Part shown: positions 39,356 through 52,552 of the stretch, piece after piece
Position numbering within the stretch: the stretch's first letter is position 1
Layout: each line of letters begins with the position of its first letter
Source of the DNA: Nageia nagi
Lineage: Eukaryota; Plantae; Pinophyta
Direction: 5' to 3'
DNA: 64,000 nucleotides
NCBI GenBank assembly: GCA_050084985.1
Contig: JBITNC010000001.1
Coordinates: 6,448,001-6,512,000 of the forward strand
Notes under the pieces: generated by a model
The model's database searches: none
The model's input: only the letters and a program-made list of their open reading frames with translations
What the model was told of the DNA's origin: nothing
Position numbers and translations under genes: made by a program

Positions 39356-39865
39356 TGAAGAAGGAATGACAAATAAAGTGTCCATTAATAACCTGATGAT
39401 TTTGAAGGAGATGAATCCTCCTACACCTAAAATTACCTTGGAGAGTTCTTCTACTTCTAAGCAACAACTCAAGAGACAATCACACACAAGTGAGATAAGC
39501 ATGTATAGTGGTTCCTCTCTATTAAGAGAATACTCCACTCTAAGCTAGATTCTATTACTTCTTAAGACTCACAAAACTCTCTTACAATATTAGAATTCTC
39601 CCCTCCTATCAACCTACACTTTAAGAGCATAACAATACTTCAAACTCAAGTGTTTTACAACAAGGCCAAGCCCTCTATTTATAGGAGATAACCCCACCTT
39701 AACTCACCTTTTAACCAAAGGTTTACATGAGGTAGAAATGGTCAAGTTGCACTTATTTAATTCTTAAATACTAAAAAGGTATTTATAAATACTTTTAGTA
39801 TTTAGATGAATTAACTAAGTGAGACACTTTTAGATACCAATAATAATGCATTAGGAATTCTAACA
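39356..39865 (-). repeat. 3' LTR of copia element, abutting the LINE
   Basis: PPT AAGTGGGAA then TGTTAG on the minus strand at 39865; TATA ctataaata at ~39676-39684. Left boundary approximate. Confidence 0.65.
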
Positions 39866-40344
39866 TTCCCACTTAATGCAATATTGGGTAGAGAGAGAGA
39901 GAGAGTTCTCCTCCATAATAGACATAATCAGAAATAAGAACTTTACATATTTGAGAAGTAAAAGATCCTAGATAAGGCTCAACTACATTTTAACAAATAG
40001 TTTACAATATAGTAACTATTAACCTTAAATGGTTTTAATGTACTAAAAGTAGTCTTCAACAAGAAGTTGACAAGATGAGCCTCCATGAGCTTGAATACTC
40101 AAAGTAAGTAACATGCAACCTCAAGAAGAAACATGCAAGCTATAAGCAATTCGTATACAATATTAGTTAGATGCATCATACACTCATATCAAAATAAAAT
40201 GAATCAAATAATATCATCCATAAATCGATCAAATGGTGCACTATAAGTCATTACAAAGATGCCAAGCAAATTCATAGTCACATGTTGCATAAGAAACACA
40301 TGTGTTGATCATCATTATCAAACAAATAGGATATACATTCAATC

Positions 40345-40570
40345 ATGCACATACTAATTCCTCACACATGGATAACTAAATAGTGCCAATATGCACATAC
40401 TAGTTTCTCACACATGGATAACTAAATAGTGCCAATATGCACATACTAGTTTCTCACACATGGATAACTAAATAGTCTAATAAGTGTACAAATAAGTTCA
40501 TCTCATGTGCATAACTAAACAATGCTAACATGCACATATTAGTTTTTCACATATGGAGAACTAAAAAATA
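40345..40570. repeat. 46-bp tandem repeat, ~5 copies, between copia pol and 3' LTR
   Basis: atgcacatactagtttctcacacatggataactaaatagtgccaat at 40345, 40391, 40437, plus two diverged copies. Confidence 0.92.
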
Positions 40571-40689
40571 AAAGTATACATAAAGATCAATACTATACAA
40601 CTAAAAGATCCTCGTAGGGGTGAAGTTATCATCACAAAAAATGAATTCAACAAGAATTCAAACTTCACTCCCCCTTGAGGGCAACTTCA

Positions 40690-43600
40690 CTAGCCTAAGA
40701 GAACCCTGAAACTTGCAGAACTAAGTGTTTGAAAGGGGCTTGGTGAATAAATCATAGGAGTTTTTATTCGATGGACAATATTGAAGTTGTAAGGTACCAT
40801 GCAAAACTTTCTCCTTAATGAAATGGGCTTGGATTTTGATGTGTTTTGTTCTCTAATGGAACATAGGATTCTTAGCTAGAGCAATGGCTAACTGATTATT
40901 TGAAGATATCAAGGATGAGCCAACCTGCTCATACCTAATTTTTTTCATAATATGCTTGAGCCAAATCGCTTCTTGGGTTGCAATAATCATAGCTCTGTAT
41001 TCTACTTTTATGGTGGATAGAGTGATTGTAGATTGCTTCTTAGAAGACTAAGAGATAGCACATGATTCAATATTAAACACATAAAATGAAGTGGATTTCC
41101 TATCATCTATATCACCCCCACAGTCATAATTAGAGAACCTTCAGAGAAAAAAGAAAGGTAACTTGGTAAACTTAAGGGTAAGATCCTTTGTTCCCATAAT
41201 ATACCTCAAAAGTTTCTTAGCAACATGAAGATTATCAACATAAGGCTTATGCATAAATCTTTCCATTTGATTCACTACATAGGCAATATCTGGCTAAGAG
41301 ATAGTTAAATAAAGAAGACTACCAATAAGCTACCTATACTCTGTAGCATTTGTTAACTAAGAGTTTAAGCTAGTCTCAAGCTTGATTTTAGGAGTAACGT
41401 GAATAGCCATAGGCTTACACTTCCATTCCAAACTTCTATAAAATATCTAAGACATATTGATACACTTGCATACCAAGGTAGTAGTGCAAGAGACCAAGAT
41501 CAATCATCTCATATTCTACCTTAAGTTTCTTATGTAATCATATATGATCACCAAATTATTCTCCATGATCAAAAGATAATCCACATAGAGAAGAATTAAG
41601 ACCAAATGTTTTCCTTCATTGAGCACATATAGATCTGAATCTGAGTAGCATTTGAAGAACCCATGTGTCTCAAAATACCCTAAAATATTCTTGTACCATT
41701 CTCTTAGTGCTTGCTTAAGTTCATAAAAAAACTTCTTTAGCTTGCACATATGGGACTCTTTCTCTTGCACAACAAACCCTTCTAGCTGACTCGTAAAGAT
41801 TTCAACATCTAAGTCACCATTGAAAAATGAACTCTTTATATCAAGTTGAAGTACCTTCAAACCTTGAGTTGTTAAAAGGGAAAGGATCAATCTTATTATA
41901 GCCGTCTTTGGTACTAGGGTAAATTTTTCCTCATAATAAACTCCATACTTTTGAGTGAAATCCTTAGCAACCAACCTTGCCTTATATTTATCAATTTCAC
42001 CCTCTAAATTGTACTTGATATTATAAATCTACTTATTTCCAATTACATTATTTGAGGATGAGTTTGGAACTAAGTCCCAAGTTTCATTTTTCATAAGTGC
42101 CTCATATTCCATCTTCGTTGCATCCATCAAACAATAATATTTATATGCCTCCCTAAAGGTTGAAGGCTCATTATGATTGTTGATTTTAACAAGAGACTTA
42201 TTCAAGGTCATGCTTCTATTTATCCTCTGAGATGGAGAATTTTGTTCTTTAGGTGACTTATCAGAAGAGATATGTAACCACTTAGGAATTTTTGAAGAGT
42301 CTTCAAATACTTTACTTGAATAAGATCCATTAGGAATCTCATTCAACTTGACATCCTTTGAAACAAAAATTACTTTTGTTGAAAGAAAGTAGAGCCTATA
42401 CCCCCTATGTTGACTGTCATATCCTATAAAGATGCATTTTTCTAACTTATTATCCAACTTCTTTCTTTTCTCAGAAACTATGAAGGAAAATGTTTCACAT
42501 CCAAATACCCTTAAATGTGATATATTAGGTTTCTTTCTTGTCCATACATCGTATGCAATTTTCCTTTCAACTACTTTTGTGGGACACCTATTCAAGGTGT
42601 AAATAGCAATGCTAATAGCTTCACCCCATAAAAACTTAGGAAGATTTCCCATCATGCATCTATCCATCTCCATTATGGTCATATTATTCCTTTTTGCAAC
42701 ACCATTCTATTATGGAGTATAAGAGATAGTAAATTTCTTTTTGATCCCATGCTTTACACAAAATTCATTGAACTCATTGCTTATGTATTCACCCCCATTA
42801 TCTAACCTTAGCATCTTGATCTTCATATTGGTTTGATTTTCAACTAAGTTCATGAACTTCTTAAACATATCAAAGGTTTTATCTTTATGCTCTTGCAGAT
42901 ACCCAAAAGTCATCCTACTAAATTCATCAATAAAAGTAAGGACATAAGATGCTCCTTCAAGAGACTTAGTTTGAAAAAGACCCATAAAATCTAAGTAGAT
43001 CAATTGGAGAGGTTGAGATGCCCTAGTTGCCTTATCCTTATCAAAATTTTGCCTTTTTATCTTCCCTAAGATGCAATTTTTACAAAGGCCAATGGAGGGT
43101 GAAATAGGAGGCAACACTTCAACAAGATCTTGATCCTTCATGAGTTGAATACTCTTATGGTTTAGGTGGCCTAAACATTAATGCCAAAGGTTTCCTTTAG
43201 AATAAACATTTGAGGTAAAGCACAACTTAGTAGGAACTTGATTAACTATGTAAAGGTCACTCTTAACCGATCATTTTATCAAGATGGAAAACCCTTTCCT
43301 TAAGCTCCAAGAGTTCGAATTGAACTCAAAGGTTTATCCCTTTCTTGCAATTTGAATAATTTACAAAAGATTCATCCCTAACTTAGGCACAAAAAGCATA
43401 TTTTTAATCACCTTCCCATGCATTAATATGCTTCTAATCCCTTGAACCTCTAGCATAGAGTATCTCCTATTACTACTGCATCCTTCCTATGTTTGTGAAA
43501 GTTTTCAAACTTGTTCCTTTCAAATCTCATATGATTAGTGAAACTCGAATCTACAACCCAATCATTTGTAAAAGTATGAGACTTGGAATAAAGAGCAAAA

Positions 43601-44510
43601 ACATAAGCACCTTTCTTATTCTTTTTTCATTTGAAGTTTTTCACATTATCTTTGCCTTTTCCATTTTCCTCCTTCTTTTTCTTGAAGAAATGGTTTTGTT
43701 TGTGACCATATATGCTACAATAGTTACAATTTCCATCAAAATTTTCTTTAGGCACATGAGGTTTATTTGACTTGCCTTTAGGATCATGATGATTATTTTC
43801 ATACTTCTTTGAATTTCTCATAGGACAAGCATGAGAGGTCTTTTTATTATTTATGAACTTCTTCTTGAAGTGAGTTGACTTAGTTGCACCTAAAGCAATA
43901 TTTTTCTCCTTTGGAGAAGAAATCAACACCTTCTTATTGATGGTCTCTTCATGCTTCAAGAGGATTCTAGAAAGATTCTCTAAAGAGAAGACTTACTCTT
44001 CATCATCAAGCCTAGTCTCAACCACATTCACAAAGTGATTAAACTTGGTTGAGAGGTTTTGTAAGATGATGAACACCATGAATTTATCATTGATCCATTT
44101 TCACCCACAACTTACAAGTTGAGTCCTAAGATCAATAATCTTATTCAAGTAGATTGCCATACCTTCATCCTCCTCTTAAAAAGTTGTAAGAGTTTTTGAA
44201 AGATGGTAAACCTCCTTGATAAATTATACACAAGGTAGATATTCTTAAGCCTATCCCAAACTTCTTTGGTGAATGTTACAGTTGAGATCATGAGGAGAAT
44301 TTCATCCGAAACTACCCTAAAGATCATAAAAGTTGCTAACTCATTCTTGTTGTTATAAACCTCTAGTATTTTAATTTATGTTGGGGAAACTTGATTCTCA
44401 CTCACTATTTTTTGAAGTTTACATGCTTGAAGTTCTATTTTCATCCTTGATTCCCAAATACCATAGTTTGAACCATCAAGGATATGCTTAGGTGCAAATG
44501 AATCTTCCAT
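40690..44510 (-). mobile_element. Ty1/copia gag-pol (gag, protease, integrase, RT, RNase H), degenerate; 5' LTR not seen
   Basis: gag 'LDGSNYGIWESRMK', knuckle 'CNYCSIYGH'; integrase 'YVLTFIDEFSR..LRLDNGGEY'; RT 'QLDIKSSFFNGDL..LLYVD'; RNase H 'TKHIKIQAHFIKEKV' (~40810-40850); copia domain order. Confidence 0.95.
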
Positions 44511-45814
44511 TTCTATAGAAGAAAGGTTGATTAAATTAAGGATAAGAAGCATCAATATACAATTTTTCAATTATAATTACAAGTAGCAAAATTATTCAAC
44601 CATGTAACTAGCAAATATTTTAACTAACCATAAAGCATTTAACCAATTATCATAACAATTACAAGTAACCAACCAATATAAACTAATCTTGTTTAATATT
44701 ATTGCAATTGAAAGAAACTTGTTCACATTTTGAAAATAAATTGATAAGTTGTAGGTTAGTAGCTTTTTTTGGTTAGTAATTTGTAGTTAGTAAATTGTAA
44801 GTTAGTTTTAGAAGATTGGAAGTCATATTAGTGCACTTTGTTTAACCTTAAGTAGTTTAAAGGTTAGTAAGTTCTAATCTACATTGTAGTTAGCATTTAA
44901 GGTTAGTGTTTGTAGTTAGTATTTGGTGTTAGTGGACATTTTATATTTGACTTTACTTAGTTTGAGCATTTGTGATTATTTAACAAAAACAAATATGAAC
45001 AACCACACACAACAAGGGATTGGTACTTTCCTTAATTTTTGGGTTAGTTATATAACAAGGCTCGAGGAGCTTTCCAACTTGCTCAATACCAACACAAGTC
45101 TTAACAACTTATAAAAGCAAGGTTAATTAACACCAACTTGCTTAAGGAAGATTTAGTTCAAGAGGAAGAGCCATTATCTCAGACATAAATGCATTGGAAT
45201 CCATTGTATAAAAAATTTGTAGGCAAGGATTGACCATTTTTATATTTTTATCCTTATATTATTTTTTCTTTGCTTTCTTCCAAAGCTTGTCCATATTTTT
45301 ATCAAGCATATTCATTCTTGCAATAGGACTTCTTACTTTCCTATTCCTTGAAGACATCATAAACACTCCTACTTGCATTTTCAAGAACAAGGTTGGGACA
45401 AGATAGGGAAAAAAAGCATCATACATTTCTTTAAAAAAATAGCATCACTCCCCATTTCCTTTTTTTTTTAAAAAAAAAACTTATTTCTTTAAAAATGCCA
45501 TTCTAAAAGAAATTCACTTCCCTTATTGAAAAAAAAAAAATCTTATTACATATACCTCCCTCCTTTTTATTTGAGAAATTATTTAAACAAAATATAAGAT
45601 CTCCCCCTTTTTTTATAAATGAAAGAAAAAAAAAAAAGTATTCCCTTCATAATAAAACTTATTTCTTAATTTAAAAAAAAATGTTTATCATTTAAATAAA
45701 TAAATGTTCATAAAACTTTTTCCAACTACATTTGTACTATTAAAACAAAAAAATTATTCCCTTGCTATTTGCAAGTGGCCTCCACTATTGTAGTTGAAAA
45801 AATAAATGCAAAGG

Positions 45815-46661
45815 TGTTGTACTCAAAAAGTAACCCTACTAGCAAACAAGACAAGACATGTTACAACCAACATTTTTCTTTATTACTCTTGAGTAGACCT
45901 CAAAATGATTACAAATGATGAATCTATTTCGATCCGCTACCTTGCAAAAAGGGTTTTTTTACAAAAGAATGTTTAGGCCTTCATAGGCCTAATTTCAATG
46001 TCTGCAAGATTTAAGGATTTTCTTGTGAAACTTGCAAAATGAATCTGGATCTCTCTATTTTCTTTAACTCTTTAAGACTTTCTCTAATCAATCTAGCTAC
46101 TCCGCACTTGTGGACCCTGCACACATGTGAATAAAAAATACATCAAACATACTTGTTCATATCATAAAATCAACATAAAGTAAATATAAACAAGTATATA
46201 GAATGTAAAATAATAATGCATCTAACTCAGTAAAACTTGGATGTATTTTGACACAATAACTTTGCATTAAAACTTGGTCCCTTTGCTTCATAGTTTAAGG
46301 TTTTATTTATAGATTTTGGAAACAAGCAAAGTTTTCATTTTTTAGAAAAAAATCTAGATAGAAAAGCCTATCCAACTTTGTCATGGTTATGATTTGAATT
46401 AGGAATGTGTGCGATGGATGATGACTTATCTATTATCCCTTTCTTTCTTCCCAAGATGCTTCAGATATTGCCATTTTTTTTTCTTTTGCCAACTTCAAAA
46501 TTTCCAATGTCCAGGTAATAGATGCTAGTGTTTGGGATGAATCATCTACGTTCAAGTGTTAGGAGCTAGCATTTGGAATACTTTAGTAAACTTTTTAATT
46601 TACTTTAATTTTTTATCATTCTTTTGTTTGTTGAAAGAGGGGTTATTTTTGGGTGTCTACA
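45815..46661 (-). repeat. 3' LTR of element B
   Basis: TGTTGTAC...GTCTACA; first ~117 nt align with 63884-64000; decayed PPT (aaatggcaaaa) adjacent. Confidence 0.85.
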
Positions 46662-48170
46662 TTTTGCCATTTTTTGAATTACTCACTAGTTTGTAAGCAG
46701 AGGATAATTTAAAAACTTACCTTCTAAAAAGGGGGGTGCATTCAAGTTTCTTAACTAGTATTTTTTTACTTTTAGTCAATATTTTGGATTAACCTATTCC
46801 CTATGAATAAGTTGAATTTGACTGATTGAATTATGATTAAATTCATTTTTTAATCTTTTATGTTTGTCACATTTTGAAATTAGTGTGGTTGTATCATGAA
46901 AGTGAAACTTATCAGTATCACTATACTATGTGCTATTTATGGCAAGTACGTGATGAGTCTCTATGTCATCGAACATATGCCAAAGCTAGCATGTGATAAA
47001 GAAGTTGGCTTGTGAATACAAAGTTTTGATCATTCTATTTTCATCCCAATAGTTAGGTTACGTGATGATCTTAGGTAAAAGTTCATACAATATTTTTAGT
47101 CATATCCAAACCCATCCTTCTCTTTTGTTTTTCAAAAGAAGGGTCATTTTTCGAATTCAAAATAACTCATGGATTTTAGTTTTTTCAAAACTCTTAACTT
47201 TGGTCAAGTAAACAAGTAAAAATCTTGTTCTTTTTATCTTTGACACATTTTTTATTTTTTAGGATTTTTTGTATGTATATGTTTTTTTTTTGTGAGGCAT
47301 TAATGATAGTCTTCTTGATGTCACCTCACAAGGGATCTTGAGTACATGTTTTTCATCCAGATTTCTATGCTAGAAGAAAGATTTAATCTTTTTTTGTATT
47401 TTTTATTATAGACCTAAACTAAACTTAAACTAGAAGGAGGGTTTAAATTTTTGCATGTTTTTTTTTTTTTTATCTTAGTTGGTTGTTGTTGTCTCAATTA
47501 TGAATTAGATGAAGGGTTTAAATGTTTTATCCATCATTCACTTATTTTTTAAATTTTTTGTATTTTCATGGTATTATGGGTCACCTACAACTGGTTCTAG
47601 TCATCGACGTCCCTAATAAATTGTCAATGTCTTACTTAAAATCATCGATGTTCTTGATCATGATCAAAATAAAAAAAGATAGAGTGACCTATCATTTTCT
47701 TATTTTTCTTGTATGTTTTTACAAAGCCCTTGTCAGTTTCTTGCTCTTTTCCCATGGTTGACTAGTCTACTTAGGCACCCTGTCACATTCTATGGGCCAA
47801 GATGCCATCGAAGAGGAGGCCAGTTGTCCAAATGAGGTTGATTAGAGAGGGGGTAGGTTTTTAAAACCCTTTTTTTTGGTTTTTTTCTTATCGATGTATT
47901 TTTATTGCTTAATTTAAAAAATAAAAATCATAGGAATTATTATTTTTATATTAGGCATTTTTTAACCATTTAAATTTCTAATTTTGCTTAATTTTAAGTG
48001 TCTTTAAGGATTCTACAAGTTTTTGATCGTAGTCACCCGCTATAGCTGAAGGGCTTCAGAATCACCAGCATTCGACTAGCAAATGTAGATAATTCTTCAA
48101 CTTGGTTATGTAATCATCGACATTCTAACTTGATTTCTTTTTAACTTAGCTTAATTACTTTACTTCCTAG

Positions 48171-50185
48171 TTTCAAGATGTATTCAAGCTTAGAGGACAT
48201 TATCCCACCATCCTATAGGAGGGACACCCATTTCTTACTACTATAGACCACACTTTCTTTTGAAGTGTGGGTTTTGGGGCCGGATCCTACATGGGTCATA
48301 TCCATTAGGAGTACCCTCTTTTAGTTGCTTTGCTTGAGAGCTGGGACACCACAACTTCTACTTTTCATCTCCTGATAGGATAAATGACTATTACAATGGA
48401 GGATATTCAACATTTGTACCAACTACTTATTCATGGTAGGTGTATTCAGCACATGGTTGATACAGATAACATTCTTACAACCATTTCTTATATGTATGGG
48501 ATTGATAGAGTGGATACGATTGTGTTTGAGATTAGTCTGGGACCATCAGATACTATCAATATTGGTGGGATGATTAGTAGGAGAGTGTCAGGTTTTCCTT
48601 CTTGATGGGCATGATTCAGTGTTATGTCTTACCTGATATAAGCAGTAATAGATTTCCATGGTTACTATTACCTGTTATTATAGACATGATTCAACATGGC
48701 ATAATGTGTGCTTAGGCATCTACCTTGTTGGCATAATGCTATAAAGAGTTGTTCTTTTATTCTCAATGTCACAGAGCCTCATTTTCAATGACCATTACTC
48801 TTCAGACATGGGCATATGAGCATAATGTAGTGGCTTATCCTCTTGGACTTCTTATTCCTAATTTTTCCAATCATACGAAGTATCTTGTTGATATTATGAG
48901 ATGGAAAGAGGATTTTTACATTTTCCAATAGATGACATCCTCAAGGATGTTCATTACTATCACATTATGCTTACTTAGCTAGTGCCAAATCATGTTAGGT
49001 TCAAGTCTTACCATTTATATCTAGCATGGTATGAATTTGAGATCAAGCTTACAGGGATTAGACAGGCCAAGATTCTTAGTGGCCAATAGATCAAGTTTCT
49101 AGAGTACTTTCAATTTGATCATGTCAGGTGCCAATTCACCCTTATGCAGGATATCCCTCCAGATCCCATGAGGTACCAATTAGAGGGAACTCTTCCCATT
49201 GATGGCCTTCACACTTTGGTTTATGCAAAGCCTAATCTTACTCATGAGGAGGTTATAGATGATGATGTGGGTGTTTCTGAGATATTTGCTACCTGGTGGA
49301 AGGTTGAACAAGAAGAGGGAGATGAGGATGATTAGGGTCGATGAGTACATCAACATGTAGAGAATCCTAGGGTTGGACCTAGCATGGATAAGGGTCAGGA
49401 TGTTGAGATGGGACATAAGGGAGACATTCCAAAGGTGGACATACAAGGTGAAGAGGATATTTCTCTTATTGAGGAGATTCGAGTAGTAGAAACATGAGAG
49501 GGAATTGCAAAGGAGGAGGTGCCTACCCTATGGGTTCTTAGAATTAATGCACTACTAGGTGATATTTAAGAGCTAAAGTTTCTATTGGCCTAGTATCGAT
49601 CATTGCTCGATCAATATCATGCAAATAATGAGTCTTTATGTGCTCAATTATAGTAATACTAGCATTCTAACGAGGACAAGATTAGGTATAGGGCTAAGCA
49701 TGATTGTTACAATAGGAGAAGGATATAGCTTAGGATATGGTTCAAACTTTGTAATAGCAGACTAAGATAATAAGTACATCTACCAACATAAAGAGATAGC
49801 CACTTCCTTTTTTAGGGATATTTGAAAGCAAAAGGATTATTATTGTAGGATTATAGATACTTGGTTAGGGGTGTTCCTGCATTTTTGTTTGATGTTGACT
49901 ATCCCATTCCTTCTCTAGGCTATATTCCCTTAGATATTTTTACACTTCCTACAACTACAACTAGTGGGGCATAAGGTGCTTCCAGTGTACAGAGAGTCCA
50001 GGCTAGGGGTGCAGCTTCTCATACTTCTCATCATCATATAGAATCAGCTGAGATGTGAGTAGTAAGATAAGAGCAAAGCATAGGTAGTCCCAAAGTACCA
50101 ACTCAAAGGGGTTAGGAGGTAAGTGAGACTAGCAACCATGATGGTGGTGAGGGTAGTGAGTACGAGGATGCCCCAATGAATTGAT
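48171..50185 (+). pseudogene. Antisense ORF of element B encoding a plant mobile domain (PMD, MAIN/MAIL-like) with acidic/coiled tail; degenerate
   Basis: 'LLVALLESWDTTTSTFHLLIG*MTITMEDIQHLYQLLIHG' matches PMD ALVERW..THTFHLP.GEMTITLEDV; also 'CA*ASTLLA*CYKEL', 'LQTWAYEH', 'EYFQFDHVRCQF'. Confidence 0.85.
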
Positions 50186-51594
50186 CATTATGTCTTTATG
50201 TTTATTTTGTTATTGAATTATGATATTGATGGTTTAGACTTATATTCATTGATGGATGTTATATTATATTTATTTTTTGGATCATGTTGATCATCATCAG
50301 GGGTTTTATTGGATGGATGTTTATTGGTGACTAGGCTATGGATATTATATGATTATTTTTTAATATATACATGTGATTATAGTTTTGGGAATTTATGTTT
50401 ATGATGATGGTTTTTTGATGAATTATTATTTGATATTATCATGTTATGTTATATTTTAATTTTCTTGTTATATATCATGATGATGGATTTGTTTGCATTG
50501 TATCGTATTAATATTTGGTATCTTGATGAATGAATGGTTTTAATATAATGTGATATTTTAATTTATTTTTTAGATCATTATCATTATCTATTATGTTGTG
50601 GATAATATTTTATTTATAATAGTACAAAATTAGATATCATCATTTTCCATTTTTCTTGGCTATTTATACATATGGGATGATGCATGTATATAAGATGGTA
50701 TGAATAGTATGAACACACATGGATAGATGTATGAATGTATACACATAGATAAGTGAATATGAATGGATGTTATAACTATTTAGATGTCAAACATAACAAT
50801 TTAGTTAACCTACCAAGATTGTAGTAATAATGAATATATGTATTATGGAATGAGATGAACGTATAGTATAATAAAGGAGTGTAATAAGTAATATATTCAC
50901 ACTAACTTCATCAAATAATTTTTCATTTCAATTTCTTATACTAATGATGATACAAAATAAAATTATGATATACTTAAATTTATTATGAACTTGTGTGTGT
51001 GCAATGACATTCATTTCCTTCTCTTAATGCTTACTAATTAAATGTTTCAAGAGCATAAACTATATAAGTTGATTCATCTATGTGAAACATCTAGAGGTCC
51101 ATATCAAAGGTTGGACATGTCACCTCTTTATAAAGTATACTTCACTTCCAAACAAGAGTTCATAGCTTCGATGAAGAATAACCCCTAGATCCTGTTACAA
51201 CCTTACTCTATTTCTAGTCAAGCATCCATAGCCCAGATAGAGGATATTGTAATCACCCAAGAATTATACTTTTATTTTCTTTCTATTTTTTTGTACACTT
51301 TTATCATATCTCTTATGTACAAGGATGAAGTGAAATAAAAGGATGAATAACCACTAGAAATTATACTCAAGGAACATCAAAATTTTTTTTATTTCGAGGT
51401 TTATAATATGTAAAAGTGTATGAGTTCACAATATCTTGATAATATATCAAGGTCATGTCTATTTATTATCCAAAGTTTAAGAAACCTTGCAGAAGATGTT
51501 TTGATGAAATAGGGTATGAATATTATACCTATGAACTACTCCTTTATTTATATGTACAACTATATATATTAATGACATGTGTATGGATAAGTAA

Positions 51595-51664
51595 TGTGTG
51601 TGTGTGTGTGTGTGTGTCTTTTTCTCTCTCTCTCTCTCTCATTTATATATATATATATATATAT
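51595..51664. repeat. Compound microsatellite (TG)n-(TC)n-(TA)n
   Basis: Directly visible: about (TG)11, (TC)9, (TA)10. Confidence 0.97.
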
Positions 51665-52141
51665 TACTTGGTAGGATTACTATGACCATTATGCTTCACA
51701 TTCAAACTTCATAATGATGGAAAAAATGACAACATGGCTATGTAAACACATGCAGCACCCAATAAAGACGCTTTAGAAATAATTTTTTGAGTGTATATAG
51801 ATAAATACATATTTTTTATTTTTCTATTTTTTATGTATTTGATTTGATTTTTTTTAATTAATCTTCTACTTATACATGATGGATTCCAATTCAAGTGAGA
51901 TTTTGTAGTAGATCACTATGGGAAATGGGGTGAAAATGCTAATGGGTACAAATGGTATGGTCACCAATCCAATGTATAGCATGATGAGTGACAAATACAA
52001 AAAATATGAAATCCCAATAAAAAATATTTACAGATATTACATGGGCCATGGTGAGTTCATCAAAAGACTTCTAAGGATGTAGGGATGGTGATCCATAAAA
52101 TTTAATGAGTCTGCAGACAAATGGGTTGACATAGGCATTAA

Positions 52142-52552
52142 TCATAATCTTCCATATGAAATTTGTCTAGAAAGTAGGCAAATGAGATTTTGGAGAAACT
52201 CTTCATCAGGTATGTTACGAATCATGTAAGTTGCCCAACATGGTTTATGATCAAGATAGAGGTACACCCAAAAGGAATCTTTTAGAATATCATAGGCATG
52301 ATCAGATGTATCTAATAGACTCGATAATACTATCATAGGGAAAATCTTATGTTGAACACCATCAGGTAACTCAAAAAAGTGGTTTATATCTACATCCAAT
52401 GATTGGACCTGATTCTCTACATGGTCACTTGGGAATGTACATGGTGAACATGGGATGTAAAGGGAAGAGAATTCCCAAGGAGTAGGTGGAATATGATATA
52501 GGTAGAACACCTCTTGATTGGTGCATTCAAAAATACAATGGGGATGACTCAT
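52142..52552 (-). CDS. Unknown 136-aa ORF in the 3' region of element B
   Basis: Stop-free ATG ORF, GC-richer than its flanks, sense to the element; no recognisable domain. Confidence 0.35.
   Translation of the reverse strand: MSHPHCIFECTNQEVFYLYHIPPTPWEFSSLYIPCSPCTFPSDHVENQVQSLDVDINHFFELPDGVQHKIFPMIVLSSLLDTSDHAYDILKDSFWVYLYLDHKPCWATYMIRNIPDEEFLQNLICLLSRQISYGRL

Noticed and set aside
40345-40570. Regular repeats as a CRISPR-like array (also 15980-16102 and 21872-21993)
   Set aside because: Head-to-tail units without unique spacers, in eukaryotic retrotransposon context, with no cas genes.
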